Counted from the first letter of the stretch, positions 50,474 through 61,669 are shown. The stretch is 64,000 nt of DNA from Nitrospinales bacterium (GCA_965223795.1 CBDCXL010000001.1:192001-256000); one strand, 5' to 3'. The notes: a model not told the origin generated them from the sequence alone. Program-made: numbers and translations.

Positions 50474-52732
50474 ATGAAAATTTTCGGCATCGACTTCACC
50501 AGCGCACCCCGCCCCGGCAAACCGATCACCTGCGCCCACGCCGTGTTCAAAAAAGATTCCGGGCTGGTCGTGGAAACAATCGAAGCGCTGGAAGGGTTCG
50601 AGGATTTCGAGGCGTTCCTGAAGCGCAAAGGGGCCTGGTGGGCGGGCATGGACCTGCCTTTCGGACTGCCCGCGCCGTTCCTGCAGGCGGTCAAGCTCCC
50701 TGATGCGTGGCCGCGCTATGTGCGCGCGGTGGCGCGCATGGAAAAAGAGGGATTCGAAAAGAAGATCCGCCAGTATCAGAAAAAGCGCGCAAAGGGAGAC
50801 AAGGAACCGCTGCGGCTGACGGATGTTTGGGCCGAGGCGAAAAGCCCGCTCAAGCTGGTCCGTCCTCCAGTGGGCAAGATGTTTTTCGAAGCAGCGCCGA
50901 GGCTTCTCAAAGCGGGCGTCTCGGTGCCGCCCCTGCATGCGAACGCGGACCGGCGCATCGTCGTCGAGGCGTACCCGGCTCTCATCGCGCGCCGGTTTGC
51001 TGGAAAATACAAGAGCGACAACAATCGGGGCGGCGCCAGCGAGGAAAAGGAACGCAAGGCTATCATCAAGGGAATCCGCTCTGCCGCGCTGGCGGCCGAA
51101 TTCGGCTTTCCGGTCCGGGTGCCGCCGAAGATCGTGCGGGAATTGATCGCGGACGCTTCCGGGGACCGGCTCGACGCGGTGCTGTGCGCGGTGCAGGCGG
51201 CCTGGGCGTACGTCCACAAAAAGCCGGGCAACCGGCTTCCCGGTAACGGGCATCCTTTGATTCAAACGGAAGGCTGGATCGCCGATCCGCGGCTGCAGGC
51301 CGGCGTGCCGGTGTCTTTGCCACGCAAAGCGCGCAACGGCGCAGGTCGGACCGAAAAAAACGATGCGGGCAAATTCAACCTGATGAATCAGGTGCAGCGG
51401 CTTTCGGATATCGGACGGGCGCTGTCGGGCGAGCTGCATCTCAACTCGCTGCTCGATGTGATCCTCAAAGAGGCGCGCACGCTCACCGGCGCGGACGGCG
51501 GCACGCTGTACACGCTGGAAAAGAACGCGCTGCACTTCAAGATCGTGCAGAACGACACGCTCGGCATTCATATGGGCGGCCGGGACGGAGAAAAGATCCC
51601 CTTCCCTCCCGTCGAGCTGGACGAGTCCAACGTATCGGCTTACGTGGCGCTGCACGGCGTGCCGTTCCTCATTCCCGACGTGTACAAATTCGATCAGTTC
51701 GATTTCACGGGACCGCGGAAATTCGACGAGCGGGAAAACTACCGCACTCAGTCCATGCTGGTGGTGCCGCTGCGCGACCCGGAAAGCAAGGTGATCGGCG
51801 TGCTGCAGCTGTTGAACGCGCGCGATCCGAAAAACAGGGTCAAGGTGGTCCCCTTCTCGCCAGAGAGCCAGCGGCTGGTGGAGTCGCTGGCGTCGCAGGC
51901 GTCGGTGGCGATCCGCAACGCCAAGCTGGTGAGCGACCTGCAGGGCGCGAACTTCGAGCTGATCCACGCGCGCGACAAGGCGCTGGAAGCGAGCCGGGCC
52001 AAATCCAGCTTTCTCGCCAATATGAGCCACGAACTGAGAACGCCGATGAACGCCATCATCGGCTACAGCGAGATGCTGGCCGAGGACGCGCGCGATCAGG
52101 GGCTGGAAGAATTCGAATCGGACCTGGAAAAGATCAACACGGCGGGCAAGCACCTGCTGGCGCTGATCAACGACATCCTCGACCTGTCCAAGATCGAAGC
52201 GGGCAAGATGGAGATCAACCTGGAAGTGTTCAGCATTGCGGACCTGGTGCGGGAGGTGGTGGAAACGATCCAGCCGCTGGCGGAGAAAAACAACAACCAG
52301 CTGATCCTGCCTGAACTGGAAGCGCTGGGCAACATGAACGCGGACATCGTCCGGGTCAAGCAGATGCTGTTCAACCTGATGAGCAACGCCTGCAAGTTCA
52401 CCGAGAACGGCACGATCGAGCTGAAAATCCTGAGAGAGATGCAGGACGATGTGGAATGGATTCGTTTTCACATTTCCGATACCGGAATCGGCATCTCCCC
52501 GTTCGAGTTGAAAAAGCTGTTTTCCGATTTTTCCCAGATCGACCCCTCCAACGCGCGCAAATTCGGCGGCACCGGGCTGGGACTGGCGATCAGCCGCCGG
52601 TTCTGCCGCATGATGGGCGGCGACATCACGGTGCAGAGCAAGCTGGGCAAAGGCTCCACCTTCTCGATTCAGCTTCCGGCCACGGTCACGCGGCAGATCC
52701 ATCCCATGCGGCGCGCCACCGATTTCCGCTGA
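50474..52732 (+). CDS. DUF429-like domain fused to GAF and histidine kinase domains
   Basis: GIDFTSAP/GMDLPFGLP/VVEAYP/GDRLDAVLC/EGWI, then a GAF domain (ADGGTLY, SMLVVPL), FLANMSHELRTP, NACKFT and GGTGLGLAI. Confidence 0.85.
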   Translation: MKIFGIDFTSAPRPGKPITCAHAVFKKDSGLVVETIEALEGFEDFEAFLKRKGAWWAGMDLPFGLPAPFLQAVKLPDAWPRYVRAVARMEKEGFEKKIRQYQKKRAKGDKEPLRLTDVWAEAKSPLKLVRPPVGKMFFEAAPRLLKAGVSVPPLHANADRRIVVEAYPALIARRFAGKYKSDNNRGGASEEKERKAIIKGIRSAALAAEFGFPVRVPPKIVRELIADASGDRLDAVLCAVQAAWAYVHKKPGNRLPGNGHPLIQTEGWIADPRLQAGVPVSLPRKARNGAGRTEKNDAGKFNLMNQVQRLSDIGRALSGELHLNSLLDVILKEARTLTGADGGTLYTLEKNALHFKIVQNDTLGIHMGGRDGEKIPFPPVELDESNVSAYVALHGVPFLIPDVYKFDQFDFTGPRKFDERENYRTQSMLVVPLRDPESKVIGVLQLLNARDPKNRVKVVPFSPESQRLVESLASQASVAIRNAKLVSDLQGANFELIHARDKALEASRAKSSFLANMSHELRTPMNAIIGYSEMLAEDARDQGLEEFESDLEKINTAGKHLLALINDILDLSKIEAGKMEINLEVFSIADLVREVVETIQPLAEKNNNQLILPELEALGNMNADIVRVKQMLFNLMSNACKFTENGTIELKILREMQDDVEWIRFHISDTGIGISPFELKKLFSDFSQIDPSNARKFGGTGLGLAISRRFCRMMGGDITVQSKLGKGSTFSIQLPATVTRQIHPMRRATDFR

Positions 52733-52841
52733 CGCTCCGGAAAGGCTGGGATTCCCGTTCAAACTCCGGTACAATCCGGGGAAAATGACTGATTCCAAAC
52801 GCGGGGCGGAACCGTCCCGGCCGTAACGAGAAAACGCGATC

Positions 52842-53588
52842 GTGCCCACAGACATGCAGTTTCAGGTCAGCCGCAGTTTCTCCCGCCACGCCGAGCATTA
52901 CGAACGGCATGCCGGGCTGCAGCGCGTCATGGCGGAAAAGCTGGCGGAGTATCTGCCGGATTCGCTGCCGGATCACGTCACCGAAGTGGGCTGCGGCACC
53001 GGGTTGTTCACCCGCCATCTACTGGCCCGCACGCCGCGGCGGCTGGTGCTCAACGACATCGCGCCGGGAATGATCGCCTACCTGCAATCGCGTCTGGCTC
53101 TGCCGGAGGCAACGCAGATCCTGCCCGGAAACGCGGAAAAGCTCGACTTTTCCGAAACCGGTCTCATTGCGGGCAACGCGGTGTTCCAGTGGTTCGAAAC
53201 GAACGGGCAGACGCTCAAGCGGTTTCATACGGCCCTGGTTCCCGGCGGCCGGATTCTGTTCAGCACCTTCGGTCCCGGAACGCTGCGGGAATTCCGGGAA
53301 ACCGCCGGGATGCCCAGCCCGGCGCATCTGCTTTCGCTTGAAGAATGGAAAACCGCGCTTGAGACGGCGGGATTCGAGATCGCCGCAAGCCGCAGCGAGA
53401 TGCGGCGCACGCATTTTCCCGACACGCTGGCGCTGATGCGCAACCTGCAGCAGATGGGCGCGGCGCCGCTCAGGCTGTTTTCCGCGGGCGGGCTGCGGCG
53501 GACGATGCGTGCGCACGACAAACGCTTCGCCATCGACGGCGGCGTGCCCGCGACCTGGGAACTGCTGTACCTTTCGGCCACGCGCTGA
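52842..53588 (+). CDS. bioC: Malonyl-ACP O-methyltransferase
   Basis: FSRHAEHYERHAGLQ, EVGCGTG, VFQW, STFGPGTL.E. Lies in the bioF cluster. Confidence 0.88.
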   Translation: MPTDMQFQVSRSFSRHAEHYERHAGLQRVMAEKLAEYLPDSLPDHVTEVGCGTGLFTRHLLARTPRRLVLNDIAPGMIAYLQSRLALPEATQILPGNAEKLDFSETGLIAGNAVFQWFETNGQTLKRFHTALVPGGRILFSTFGPGTLREFRETAGMPSPAHLLSLEEWKTALETAGFEIAASRSEMRRTHFPDTLALMRNLQQMGAAPLRLFSAGGLRRTMRAHDKRFAIDGGVPATWELLYLSATR

Positions 53589-53649
53589 ACACCGGTCTGC
53601 TTCCAGTTCCCGGCTGCCCGCCGGGAAACGATTCTTCTCATCTGTGTTG

Positions 53650-55539
53650 ATGCCTGCCCTGGAACTCTTCAAAAGCAATCTTGCGCTTCTGAATCAGACG
53701 CAGCCGGAACTGGCGCGGCGGCTGGAATCGGTGCGCCCGTCCGGGCGTTATGAAGCGGAGCCTTCGCGCTCCGGTGCCACGGCTCTGTTTTACCTGCATG
53801 CGGACGGCAGCCGCAAGACCCTGCACAGCTCTTACGATCCCGTCAAGGAGGCGGAGCGGTTCGCCGATTCTCTGGATATCCAGGGTTCGCTGCATTTCTG
53901 GGTGACCGGGCTGGGACTGGGATACCACCTTGTGGAACTGGTCAAACGGATTCCGCCGTCGGCGCGTGTGTTCATCGTCGAAAAGGAAATCGAAGTCGCG
54001 CATCTGGCGCTCACGCACAGCGACCTGACGCCGGTGCTCGCGCATCCGGGCGTGCGCCTGCACGTGGGAATCCGGCCGGACGAGGTGAACGCCGTTCTGG
54101 GGGACGCGCGCACGGAGTTCGGCCTGAACGGGCATGTCGCGGTCGCGTTCAAGCCGCTTGTCGATGCGGAGGCGGACTACTACGCCGCTCTCGGATTAAA
54201 TCTGGACAAGGCGTTGCGCGAAAGCCGCATCGATCTGGCCACCAAGGCGGCGTTTTCGCAGTCGTTTTACCGCAACATTCTGGAAAACTGGGATGCGCTG
54301 CTCGACAGTCCGGGGATCGCTCAATTGCAAGACAGCCTTTCCGGCGTGCCCTGTGTCGTGGTGTCCGCCGGACCGTCGCTCGATAAAAACGCGGCGCTGC
54401 TCAAATCCGCCGGGGACAAGGCGTTGATCGTCACCGTCGCTACTGCTTTGAAGGCGCTGCGGAACGCGGGCATCCGGCCGGACTTCGTGATGGCCAACGA
54501 TCCGGATCGCTCCACGCTCAGGGCGTTCGGGCCGGGAGCGCCGGAGCCGGACCTGTGGCTGGTGTACGACCCCTGCGTTCCCGCGGACATCGTCGAATGT
54601 TTTGCCGGGCACAGGCTGGCGGCGGAGTCCGGCGCGGCGCTGTCGCAGTGGCTGGCGCGCAACCATCTGGCGCACGGATCGCTGGGCACGGTGTTGTCGG
54701 TGGCGCACGCGGCGTATCAGTTTGCGCGCCACTTGGGCTGCACGCCCATCATCCTGACCGGGCAGGATCTGGCGTTCGACCGCACGCGCATGCATTGCTC
54801 CGGCTCGTTTTATGACCAATTTCATTGTGACCGGGTCAACGAACGGCTGCCGGTGCAATCCCTGGAGCAGCAAAAGTTCGAAGGCTACGCGGAATCGCTG
54901 GGCACGCTGAGCGATGTGTTCGGCCAACCGGCCGCGACCACGCTGGCGCTCGACGCCTATCGCAACCGGTTCGCGGAGGTCATCGGCGGCGCCGCCGATG
55001 TGATCAACGCGACCGAAGGCGGGATTCCCATACCCGGCGTTGAAAACCGCACCCTGCGCGAGGCGCTGCACCGGCACTGCCGCGGGACGGTGGGCGAGCG
55101 GAAGAAACGGTTCCGTGATCAAATCGCCGCCCCGCCCTGCCCCGATGCGCTGCTTGCTGCTTTGCAGGAGATGAAGTCACGGTTTCACACGATCCATGGA
55201 AAGGTTGTGCGGCTCCGGACACAGCATGCCGGTTCCGGAAATGGTGCGAGAGATGGCAAACAGAGATTCGTGCGTGAGGCGGAATCGCTGTACCGGGATC
55301 TTCTGGCGGAACCGGAATCGCTCAAGCTGATGCAGGGCTATCGCTATGCGGGGTTCGTGCAGTGGAGCCAGGAAAATGCGCGGCTGCAGCGCAAGCAAGG
55401 CGGCGTGACGGAAAACCAGATTCTGGATGCCAAAGCCAGCCGGGACGCGGCGTTCCTGCCGGTGCTGGAGGAGGCGTCGGGATTTCTGGCTGAGGCGTTC
55501 GCGAAAATGGCCGAACGGGCGAAATGCCATGTGACTTGA
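53650..55539 (+). CDS. Motility-associated factor (Maf/MptE-like) protein
   Basis: LHSSYDPVKEA, GLGLGYHL, VSAGPSLDKN, IILTGQDLAF, INATEGG. Confidence 0.85.
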   Translation: MPALELFKSNLALLNQTQPELARRLESVRPSGRYEAEPSRSGATALFYLHADGSRKTLHSSYDPVKEAERFADSLDIQGSLHFWVTGLGLGYHLVELVKRIPPSARVFIVEKEIEVAHLALTHSDLTPVLAHPGVRLHVGIRPDEVNAVLGDARTEFGLNGHVAVAFKPLVDAEADYYAALGLNLDKALRESRIDLATKAAFSQSFYRNILENWDALLDSPGIAQLQDSLSGVPCVVVSAGPSLDKNAALLKSAGDKALIVTVATALKALRNAGIRPDFVMANDPDRSTLRAFGPGAPEPDLWLVYDPCVPADIVECFAGHRLAAESGAALSQWLARNHLAHGSLGTVLSVAHAAYQFARHLGCTPIILTGQDLAFDRTRMHCSGSFYDQFHCDRVNERLPVQSLEQQKFEGYAESLGTLSDVFGQPAATTLALDAYRNRFAEVIGGAADVINATEGGIPIPGVENRTLREALHRHCRGTVGERKKRFRDQIAAPPCPDALLAALQEMKSRFHTIHGKVVRLRTQHAGSGNGARDGKQRFVREAESLYRDLLAEPESLKLMQGYRYAGFVQWSQENARLQRKQGGVTENQILDAKASRDAAFLPVLEEASGFLAEAFAKMAERAKCHVT

Positions 55540-55583
55540 AAAAGCAGGTCACTCGGATTTGAACAGCGGGTCTTGTGAAGCCG

Positions 55584-57248
55584 CTAACAAGGTAAAGTGA
55601 AATAGAACGTGCTGCCTTTTCCACGTTCGCAGATGACTTCCACCTTCCCGCCGTGCATGCCGATCAATTTTTTTACGATGGCCAATCCCAGACCCGTTGC
55701 TTTTTCCCCTCCTGTCGGTTTGGGGCTCAATGTTTGAAATTCATCAAAAAGCAGTTTCTGTTCCTCCGAACATATGCCCGGACCTTCGTCAGTGACTGAA
55801 AACCGGATGAAACCATTCGGGTCCAATGCTGTGGCGATCTGAATTTTTGAATGATGCGGAGAAAATTTAATCGCATTGCTGATCAAATTGCCGACGGACT
55901 GAGCGATTGCGCTTTGATCGTATTTTGTCGGGGGAATATCGCTTAAGTCCAGACAAAGTCCGATGTCTTTCTTTTGAGCGATCAAACGAAAGATTTCAAA
56001 CTGGTTTTCCACCAGTTCGTTGAGATTTTGCTCCATCAAATCCAGTTCGAAATTACCGCTTTCGATTTTGGATATATCCAGAAGGTTGTCAAGCAGGCTT
56101 TGCATGAATTGGCTGGACGAATGGATTTTGGCGGCATGCTTTTTGTTGTTTGAATGAGCGTCACCGGTCAGTTCATCCATGAGGATTTCACTGTATGATT
56201 TGATCAGATACAGAGGATTTCGCAAGTCGTGGGAAGCGATACCGAGGAACTTGTTTTTAAGTTTGTTCAACTCGCTCAGTTTTTTATTTGCCTCGGAGAG
56301 TTCCTGATTTTGTTTGCGGGTCAATTCTTCGCAGCGGTGATGCTCGATGGCATCTGCTATCAGACCGCCGATGGATATCAGAATTTCATTGTTGCGCTCG
56401 TAGTAGGGAGTGATCTGAGTGGGGAAAAGCACGAGAATGCCAATGTGACCCGTGTGTCCGTTGAGCGGTACCAGGTAAAGGCCATTGTTTTTTTCATGCG
56501 GGGATCCTGTCGCACTCTCCAGGTCGATCAGACAGCAGTTTTTGACGGATTCTTCGCTCGTGACGATTTTGTTCCAGGCGATACCGTGCGATAAAAACAA
56601 TTCCTCGTCAGCCTCTGAAAAGTCGCCGATGGTTGAAATCAGGTTGAAACTATGTTCATCTTCATCAAGAAGAAAGATGCCGGCTTTGGATTCGAAATGG
56701 AAGGTTTTGGATTTGACGATCGTTTTCATGGCTTCTTTCAACATGCTGTCCATCTTGCCAACGATATGAAGAATCTTTGCGATTTCATGCATCAGTTCAT
56801 ATTCTTCCGTGCGCTGCCGGGTCAGTTCTTCTGCACGTTTTCTTCTTGTGATGTCCCTTATTATTCCAGTGAAAATAAAAGAATCGGACCATTTCGTGGC
56901 TGATATGGTGATTTCTATGGGGAATTCCGTGCCATTTTTGTGAAGGGCGGACAATTCGATTTCCTGGTTCAACACACGGCTTTTCCCTGTGGTGATAAAG
57001 CGATCGAGACTTTTGCAGTGGGGTTCCCGATATCTGGGGGGAATGATGGTTTCAGCGAGGTTTTTACCGATGACTTGAGAGGCGGGCCATCCGAATATGG
57101 ATTCCGCGCCTTTGTTCCAATTGCGGATCATCCCTTTTGAGTCCATTGAGATGATCGCGTCGAATGCACTGTCCAAAATAGATTGCGTCAACTCTTCGCT
57201 TTCTTTCAGTGCTTCTCCGACTCTCTCCAATATGATCGATTTCATCAC
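55584..57248 (-). CDS. PAS-domain sensor histidine kinase, more AT-rich than its neighbours
   Basis: PAS domain (DAIISMD, WNKGAESIFGW, FPIEI), ASHDLRNP, NAIKFS, DEGPG, TGLGLAI. Confidence 0.93.
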   Translation of the reverse strand: MMKSIILERVGEALKESEELTQSILDSAFDAIISMDSKGMIRNWNKGAESIFGWPASQVIGKNLAETIIPPRYREPHCKSLDRFITTGKSRVLNQEIELSALHKNGTEFPIEITISATKWSDSFIFTGIIRDITRRKRAEELTRQRTEEYELMHEIAKILHIVGKMDSMLKEAMKTIVKSKTFHFESKAGIFLLDEDEHSFNLISTIGDFSEADEELFLSHGIAWNKIVTSEESVKNCCLIDLESATGSPHEKNNGLYLVPLNGHTGHIGILVLFPTQITPYYERNNEILISIGGLIADAIEHHRCEELTRKQNQELSEANKKLSELNKLKNKFLGIASHDLRNPLYLIKSYSEILMDELTGDAHSNNKKHAAKIHSSSQFMQSLLDNLLDISKIESGNFELDLMEQNLNELVENQFEIFRLIAQKKDIGLCLDLSDIPPTKYDQSAIAQSVGNLISNAIKFSPHHSKIQIATALDPNGFIRFSVTDEGPGICSEEQKLLFDEFQTLSPKPTGGEKATGLGLAIVKKLIGMHGGKVEVICERGKGSTFYFTLPC

Positions 57249-57558
57249 CCTTCACCTCCTCACAAAAACCAGAATGACTTCCTGCTGTACCGTTCGCAAA
57301 AGCTGAAAATGAACTCAATTATTCTTGTGTGGGGGGAAGTGGATCTCCTTTCAGAACAATTGGAATATTCGTTTTTAATGTAGGCTTGGTGGTAAAAATT
57401 GCAACTATTATTCAAATGGATTTCGATAGGGGCATGGTCGGGTGGAGGGGAGTTTTCTACTGCCGTGAAACAGCAGGCGGGTCTTCGGGAACAGGATTTA
57501 AATTCATGGTTTTATTGCACGTTCGGTTGCTGGAAAAACATCGCCTGATTTTGCAGTT

Positions 57559-58539
57559 TTACTTTTTCACCGCTTCGAGGATGCTGGAACCCTGGGTGAG
57601 CCGGTGGGTCTTGAAGGAACCGAATCCGGTGTCTTTGAGCAGGGTCTCGGTTTCCCGGAAGGTGTAGGATTTTCCGGTTTCGGTGAACAGCAGCATGGTG
57701 AGCGCGAACAGGGCGGCGTCGTAGGGCTCGGTGCGGTTTTCCTTGAGGAACAGGTCGACGATGAACAGCCGTCCGCCGGGATTGAGTGCCTGGTGGATTT
57801 TTTTGAACAGCGTTTCGTTCTGCTGCGGGTTGTAAATGTGCAGGATGTTGGAGAACAGCACGGTGTCGCGGCCGGTGCCGTAACCGGTGTCGAACAGATC
57901 CCCTTCCAGAAATTCGATGCGCTTAGTAACCTTGTCCGCAGCCAGGATCTCGCGCGCGGCTTCCAGCGTCGCGGGCCGGTCGAGCAGGGTCGCGGTGGCT
58001 TTTTTGTCTTTTTTTAGAATCTCGGCGCTGTAGGTGCCCGGTCCCGCGCCGAGATCGAGCAGGTTCCCCACTTTCCGCTTCGTGACGACGGCCGCCACTC
58101 TCCTGGCGTAGGGGGTGCTGCGCTCGTGCATGGCGTGCGTGAACGGGCGGCGGAACTCGGGGTCGTCCGGACCTTCGAATTCGGACAGGTCGCGGCCGTG
58201 CTGGATGGTCTTGAGCAGGCCGGCCCACTCGTCGCGGTTCTGGCCGCGCAGATACACGATGCCGCGTTTGTAGTGCCGGCTGGTCTCGCACAGGTGCTTG
58301 TAGGTCTCAGACGTGTTCTTGAAACGGTCTTTTGTTTTGCGCAGCGCGCCCATCGCGGCGAGGGCGTTCAAGAAAGGGCCGGTGGCCTCGCGATCGATGT
58401 CCGCCTTCTGCGCCACTTCATCGGCGGTGAGCGCCTGCTTGTCCAGTATCGAAAACAGTTTCAGCTCCAGCGCCGCGAGCAGGATGTTGGCTTCTTCCAG
58501 CTGGTCGATCTTGTCTACGATCTCATCGAATGTGAGCAT
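57559..58539 (-). CDS. SAM-dependent O-methyltransferase with a dimerisation domain
   Basis: AALELKLF, LLDLGAGPG, GDLF, SNILH, ALNPGG. Confidence 0.9.
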   Translation of the reverse strand: MLTFDEIVDKIDQLEEANILLAALELKLFSILDKQALTADEVAQKADIDREATGPFLNALAAMGALRKTKDRFKNTSETYKHLCETSRHYKRGIVYLRGQNRDEWAGLLKTIQHGRDLSEFEGPDDPEFRRPFTHAMHERSTPYARRVAAVVTKRKVGNLLDLGAGPGTYSAEILKKDKKATATLLDRPATLEAAREILAADKVTKRIEFLEGDLFDTGYGTGRDTVLFSNILHIYNPQQNETLFKKIHQALNPGGRLFIVDLFLKENRTEPYDAALFALTMLLFTETGKSYTFRETETLLKDTGFGSFKTHRLTQGSSILEAVKK

Positions 58540-58575
58540 GGTATCTCTATTGGCTGGATGCGGATGACTCCGGCC

Positions 58576-59232
58576 TCATTCCGCGAGCAGGGGCTTGATC
58601 ATTTTATCCAGGCCGAGTCCGGAGCCGAACAGCTTGTGCCGCAGCACGCCTTTTTTGTCGATGATGAGCGTCGAGGGCGTGCCGCGCAGGTCGTAGGTTT
58701 CGAAGGTTTTGGCGTCGTACTGTTTCTGCTTGATGTAGGCGATCACCTGCGAGCGCACCATGGTCTTGGATTTTTCCGGCAGCGCGTCGAAGTTGTCGAT
58801 GTCGCGCTGAATGATCTTCTGCACTTCCTCTTCGGAGAAATCTTCGTTGTTCTTTTCCAGCTTGTCCCAGGCCACGGGAAACGGGATGGGATAGTGCAGC
58901 TTGTTGCCGTTGAGCATGTTCGCCGTGGACAGCTTGGACAGGGTCTCGCCGACGACCTCGCCTTTGTGCACGAGCTTCTTGAGATTCTCCAGATTGTTCT
59001 TGTCGAAGTCCTCGAACGCCGTCGCCAGCCCCCAGACGGTGAACGGCTGGTCTATCAAAGCCTGTTGCAGGTCGATGACTTCCGGAATGCCGGCGATGAA
59101 GCAGCCGGGACAGTTGACCTGGAACACTTCGATCAGGAGTACCCTGCCCCGTTGCTCCTCGATGGTGGTCGGGTCGCCCTGCACCCATTGGTCGAGGATC
59201 AGTTCGGGGGCTTTTTCGTTCACTTGTGCCAT
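58576..59232 (-). CDS. Thioredoxin-like (TlpA/redoxin) protein
   Basis: FQVNCPGC and GTPSTLIIDKKG. Confidence 0.85.
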   Translation of the reverse strand: MAQVNEKAPELILDQWVQGDPTTIEEQRGRVLLIEVFQVNCPGCFIAGIPEVIDLQQALIDQPFTVWGLATAFEDFDKNNLENLKKLVHKGEVVGETLSKLSTANMLNGNKLHYPIPFPVAWDKLEKNNEDFSEEEVQKIIQRDIDNFDALPEKSKTMVRSQVIAYIKQKQYDAKTFETYDLRGTPSTLIIDKKGVLRHKLFGSGLGLDKMIKPLLAE

Positions 59233-59278
59233 AAGCGGTGGTCCGTGCTGGTGATGACAGGCGGCGGGTGCCGGATGA

Positions 59279-60130
59279 TCATCCGGCGGCGTTCGCGTTC
59301 TCGATTTTGTTTCTCATCTGCTCGATCAGGGTGCGCACGGAATCGGGCGGGCCGTGTTTCAACGCCTCGTCCAGGATGTACAACGCCCTGCTCTTTTCGC
59401 CTTTCAGGTCGTAAACCATGCCAAGCATAACATGGGACATGAAAAATTTGTCCCCCCGGGGATGATTTTTCACGATGGTGTTCCACTGGCGCACGGCTTC
59501 GGAATACTTTCTCAGCTTGTAGTAGGCGGTGCCGAGGCCGAAGTGCAGGTTGTCTTTCAGGGAGCGGGGCGGTTTTCTGAGAAGGAGCTGGTTGAATTTT
59601 TTGATGCTGCGCTTGTACTGGCCGTCTTTCAACAGACCGATGGCGCGGTTGTAGTCCGCCTGGGTGAAGCGCGGCGGGGGCGGCGGGACGTAGTAAGCCT
59701 GTTTGAGTCTTTTTTTGAGCAGTTCTTGAGAAGCTTGAAGAAACGCGATTTCCTGCTTCAGCTGCTTGCTTTTTGCGGCTTCCGATGCCATTTTTTCACG
59801 GAACTGAGCCTCAATCTCGCTGGTCCGCACGGCGGTGAAGGACATGGCGTGCTGCAGAGCCAGCGTCTGCCGGTTGAGGCCCTGCTGCTTCATCGCCAGC
59901 AACTGCATGTCGTCTTCCACGTCGTCCAGCGCCTGCTGGCGGGCTTTCCGGAGATCCAGCTCTTCCTGCGACGGCGGAATCCAGATGTGCATCTCAACCG
60001 GTGAGGGATCCGCCGCTGTCTCCTCAGGCTGCGGCGCCGACGCGCAGGCCGCGGCCAGAATCGCACAGGACAGGATCGAAACGTGGAAAAAAGGCCGCAG
60101 TTGGGTTAAAGTAAATAAAGTAGCAGACAT
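59279..60130 (-). CDS. TPR lipoprotein (YbgF/CpoB-like)
   Basis: Lipobox AAAC, a coiled coil, and a TPR region YNRAI...[11 protein letters not shown]. Confidence 0.75.
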   Translation of the reverse strand: MSATLFTLTQLRPFFHVSILSCAILAAACASAPQPEETAADPSPVEMHIWIPPSQEELDLRKARQQALDDVEDDMQLLAMKQQGLNRQTLALQHAMSFTAVRTSEIEAQFREKMASEAAKSKQLKQEIAFLQASQELLKKRLKQAYYVPPPPPRFTQADYNRAIGLLKDGQYKRSIKKFNQLLLRKPPRSLKDNLHFGLGTAYYKLRKYSEAVRQWNTIVKNHPRGDKFFMSHVMLGMVYDLKGEKSRALYILDEALKHGPPDSVRTLIEQMRNKIENANAAG

Positions 60131-60172
60131 ACGTTTTATTCTAAGGTATTAACCTTTATTATTCAAGGTGTT

Positions 60173-61096
60173 ATGAGCGATTACTATTCCATTCTCGGTG
60201 TCGACCGCAAGGCCTCGAAGGACGAGATCAAAAAGGCCTACCGCAAGCTGGCGATGCAGTACCACCCGGACCGCAACAAGGACAATGCGGGGGCGGAGGA
60301 CAAGTTCAAGGAGATCAGCGAAGCGTACGCGGTGCTCAGCGACGACAAGAAGCGCAAGCAGTTCGACCAGTTCGGCGCCGACGGCTTCCACAGGAAATAT
60401 TCCCAGGAGGACATCTTCCGGGGCTTCGATATGAACGAGGTGTTTCAGGGATTCGGCTTCAATTTCGGCGGCGGCGACCCGATGCAGGGGATCGAGGATT
60501 TTTTCCGCACCGGCAGCTTCCGCCGCTCCGGAGTTTCCTTCGAAGACATCTTTCACGGAGGCGGCCGCGGTTCGGGTCCGCAGCGCGGGCAGGACGTGGA
60601 AGCGCTGCTGACGGTCAGCTTCGAGGAAGCGGCGCTGGGCGCGGAGAAGCGCTTTTCGCTGCAGTCCAACGGCCACAATCAGGAAACCAGCGTGCGCATC
60701 CCGGCCGGGATCGCCGACGGCAAGAAACTCCGGCTCAAGGGCAAGGGCAACCCCGGTCCCCAGGGCGCACCGGCGGGCGACCTGTATCTGAAAGTGCAGG
60801 TCCAGCCCCACCCCCGGTTCCAGCGCGAGGGCAACGACATCCTGACCGACCTGGAGATCCATCTGTCCGAGGCGCTGCTGGGCACGATGCGGGAGGTGCC
60901 GACGCTGTCCGGGCCGAAAAACCTCAAGATCCCGCCTGGAACCCAGAGCCATTCGCGGCTCAGGCTCAAAGGCCAGGGCATCGCCGGTCCCAAGGGAACG
61001 GGCGATCAGCTGGTGCGGGTCATCGTGAAACTGCCCCGGGCGCTGACCAACGAGCAGACCCGGCTCGTCGAGGAACTGCAGAAAAGCGGATTGTGA
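60173..61096 (+). CDS. DnaJ-family chaperone without a zinc finger (CbpA-like)
   Basis: J domain with HPD, a G/F-rich region and a C-terminal domain. No CxxCxGxG repeats. Confidence 0.93.
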   Translation: MSDYYSILGVDRKASKDEIKKAYRKLAMQYHPDRNKDNAGAEDKFKEISEAYAVLSDDKKRKQFDQFGADGFHRKYSQEDIFRGFDMNEVFQGFGFNFGGGDPMQGIEDFFRTGSFRRSGVSFEDIFHGGGRGSGPQRGQDVEALLTVSFEEAALGAEKRFSLQSNGHNQETSVRIPAGIADGKKLRLKGKGNPGPQGAPAGDLYLKVQVQPHPRFQREGNDILTDLEIHLSEALLGTMREVPTLSGPKNLKIPPGTQSHSRLRLKGQGIAGPKGTGDQLVRVIVKLPRALTNEQTRLVEELQKSGL

Positions 61097-61210
61097 CCCA
61101 TCCTTTTGGTTTTTGTGACCCGTTCAGGACGCATTTTTAGAATCCGAACTTCAATTTCAGCATCTTGAGGAAGTGGAAGACGCAGCCTCGCGTACATACG
61201 AGAAGAAAAG

Positions 61211-61300
61211 CATTGAGACAGGATGGACAGGATAAAAATGAGGGCTGAGTGAGGGGGGATTGAAACAATCCTTCCTCAGTTCCAATCCTGTAATCCTGTC
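61211..61300. repeat. ~90-bp palindromic intergenic element ('empty' copy)
   Basis: Inverted ends GACAGGATGGACAGGAT and ATCCTGTAATCCTGTC, with an inner hairpin. Its reverse complement matches 62306-62365 plus 63591-63616. Confidence 0.75.
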
Positions 61301-61327
61301 CTGTATTTAATGGAGTGATCTAGATTC

Positions 61328-61624
61328 ATGGCGCGCATCGTATTTCAACCAGACAACATGACGCACGAGGTCGAGGACGGCACCCCGCTCATCGACTGCT
61401 GCGACGAGGTGGACGTTTCCTTGAGCTTCGGCTGCACAGAAGGCACCTGCGGCGTGTGCGAACTCACCGTGGTGAAGGGAATGGAAAACTGCTCGCGGCT
61501 GACGGAAGAGGAAAAGGACTACCTTCTGGAAGAAGACCTGGAAGCGGGCATGCGGCTGGGCTGCCAGCTCAAGGTGCGCAAAGGCGAAGTGACGATCACC
61601 TGGAAGGGCAACCGCGCCAAATGA
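61328..61624 (+). CDS. 2Fe-2S ferredoxin
   Basis: FGCTEGTCGVC...RLGCQ. Confidence 0.93.
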   Translation: MARIVFQPDNMTHEVEDGTPLIDCCDEVDVSLSFGCTEGTCGVCELTVVKGMENCSRLTEEEKDYLLEEDLEAGMRLGCQLKVRKGEVTITWKGNRAK

Positions 61625-61669
61625 AAAGATCGATTCTACCAGTATTAGCGTGAAGGATGCAATTCCCCC

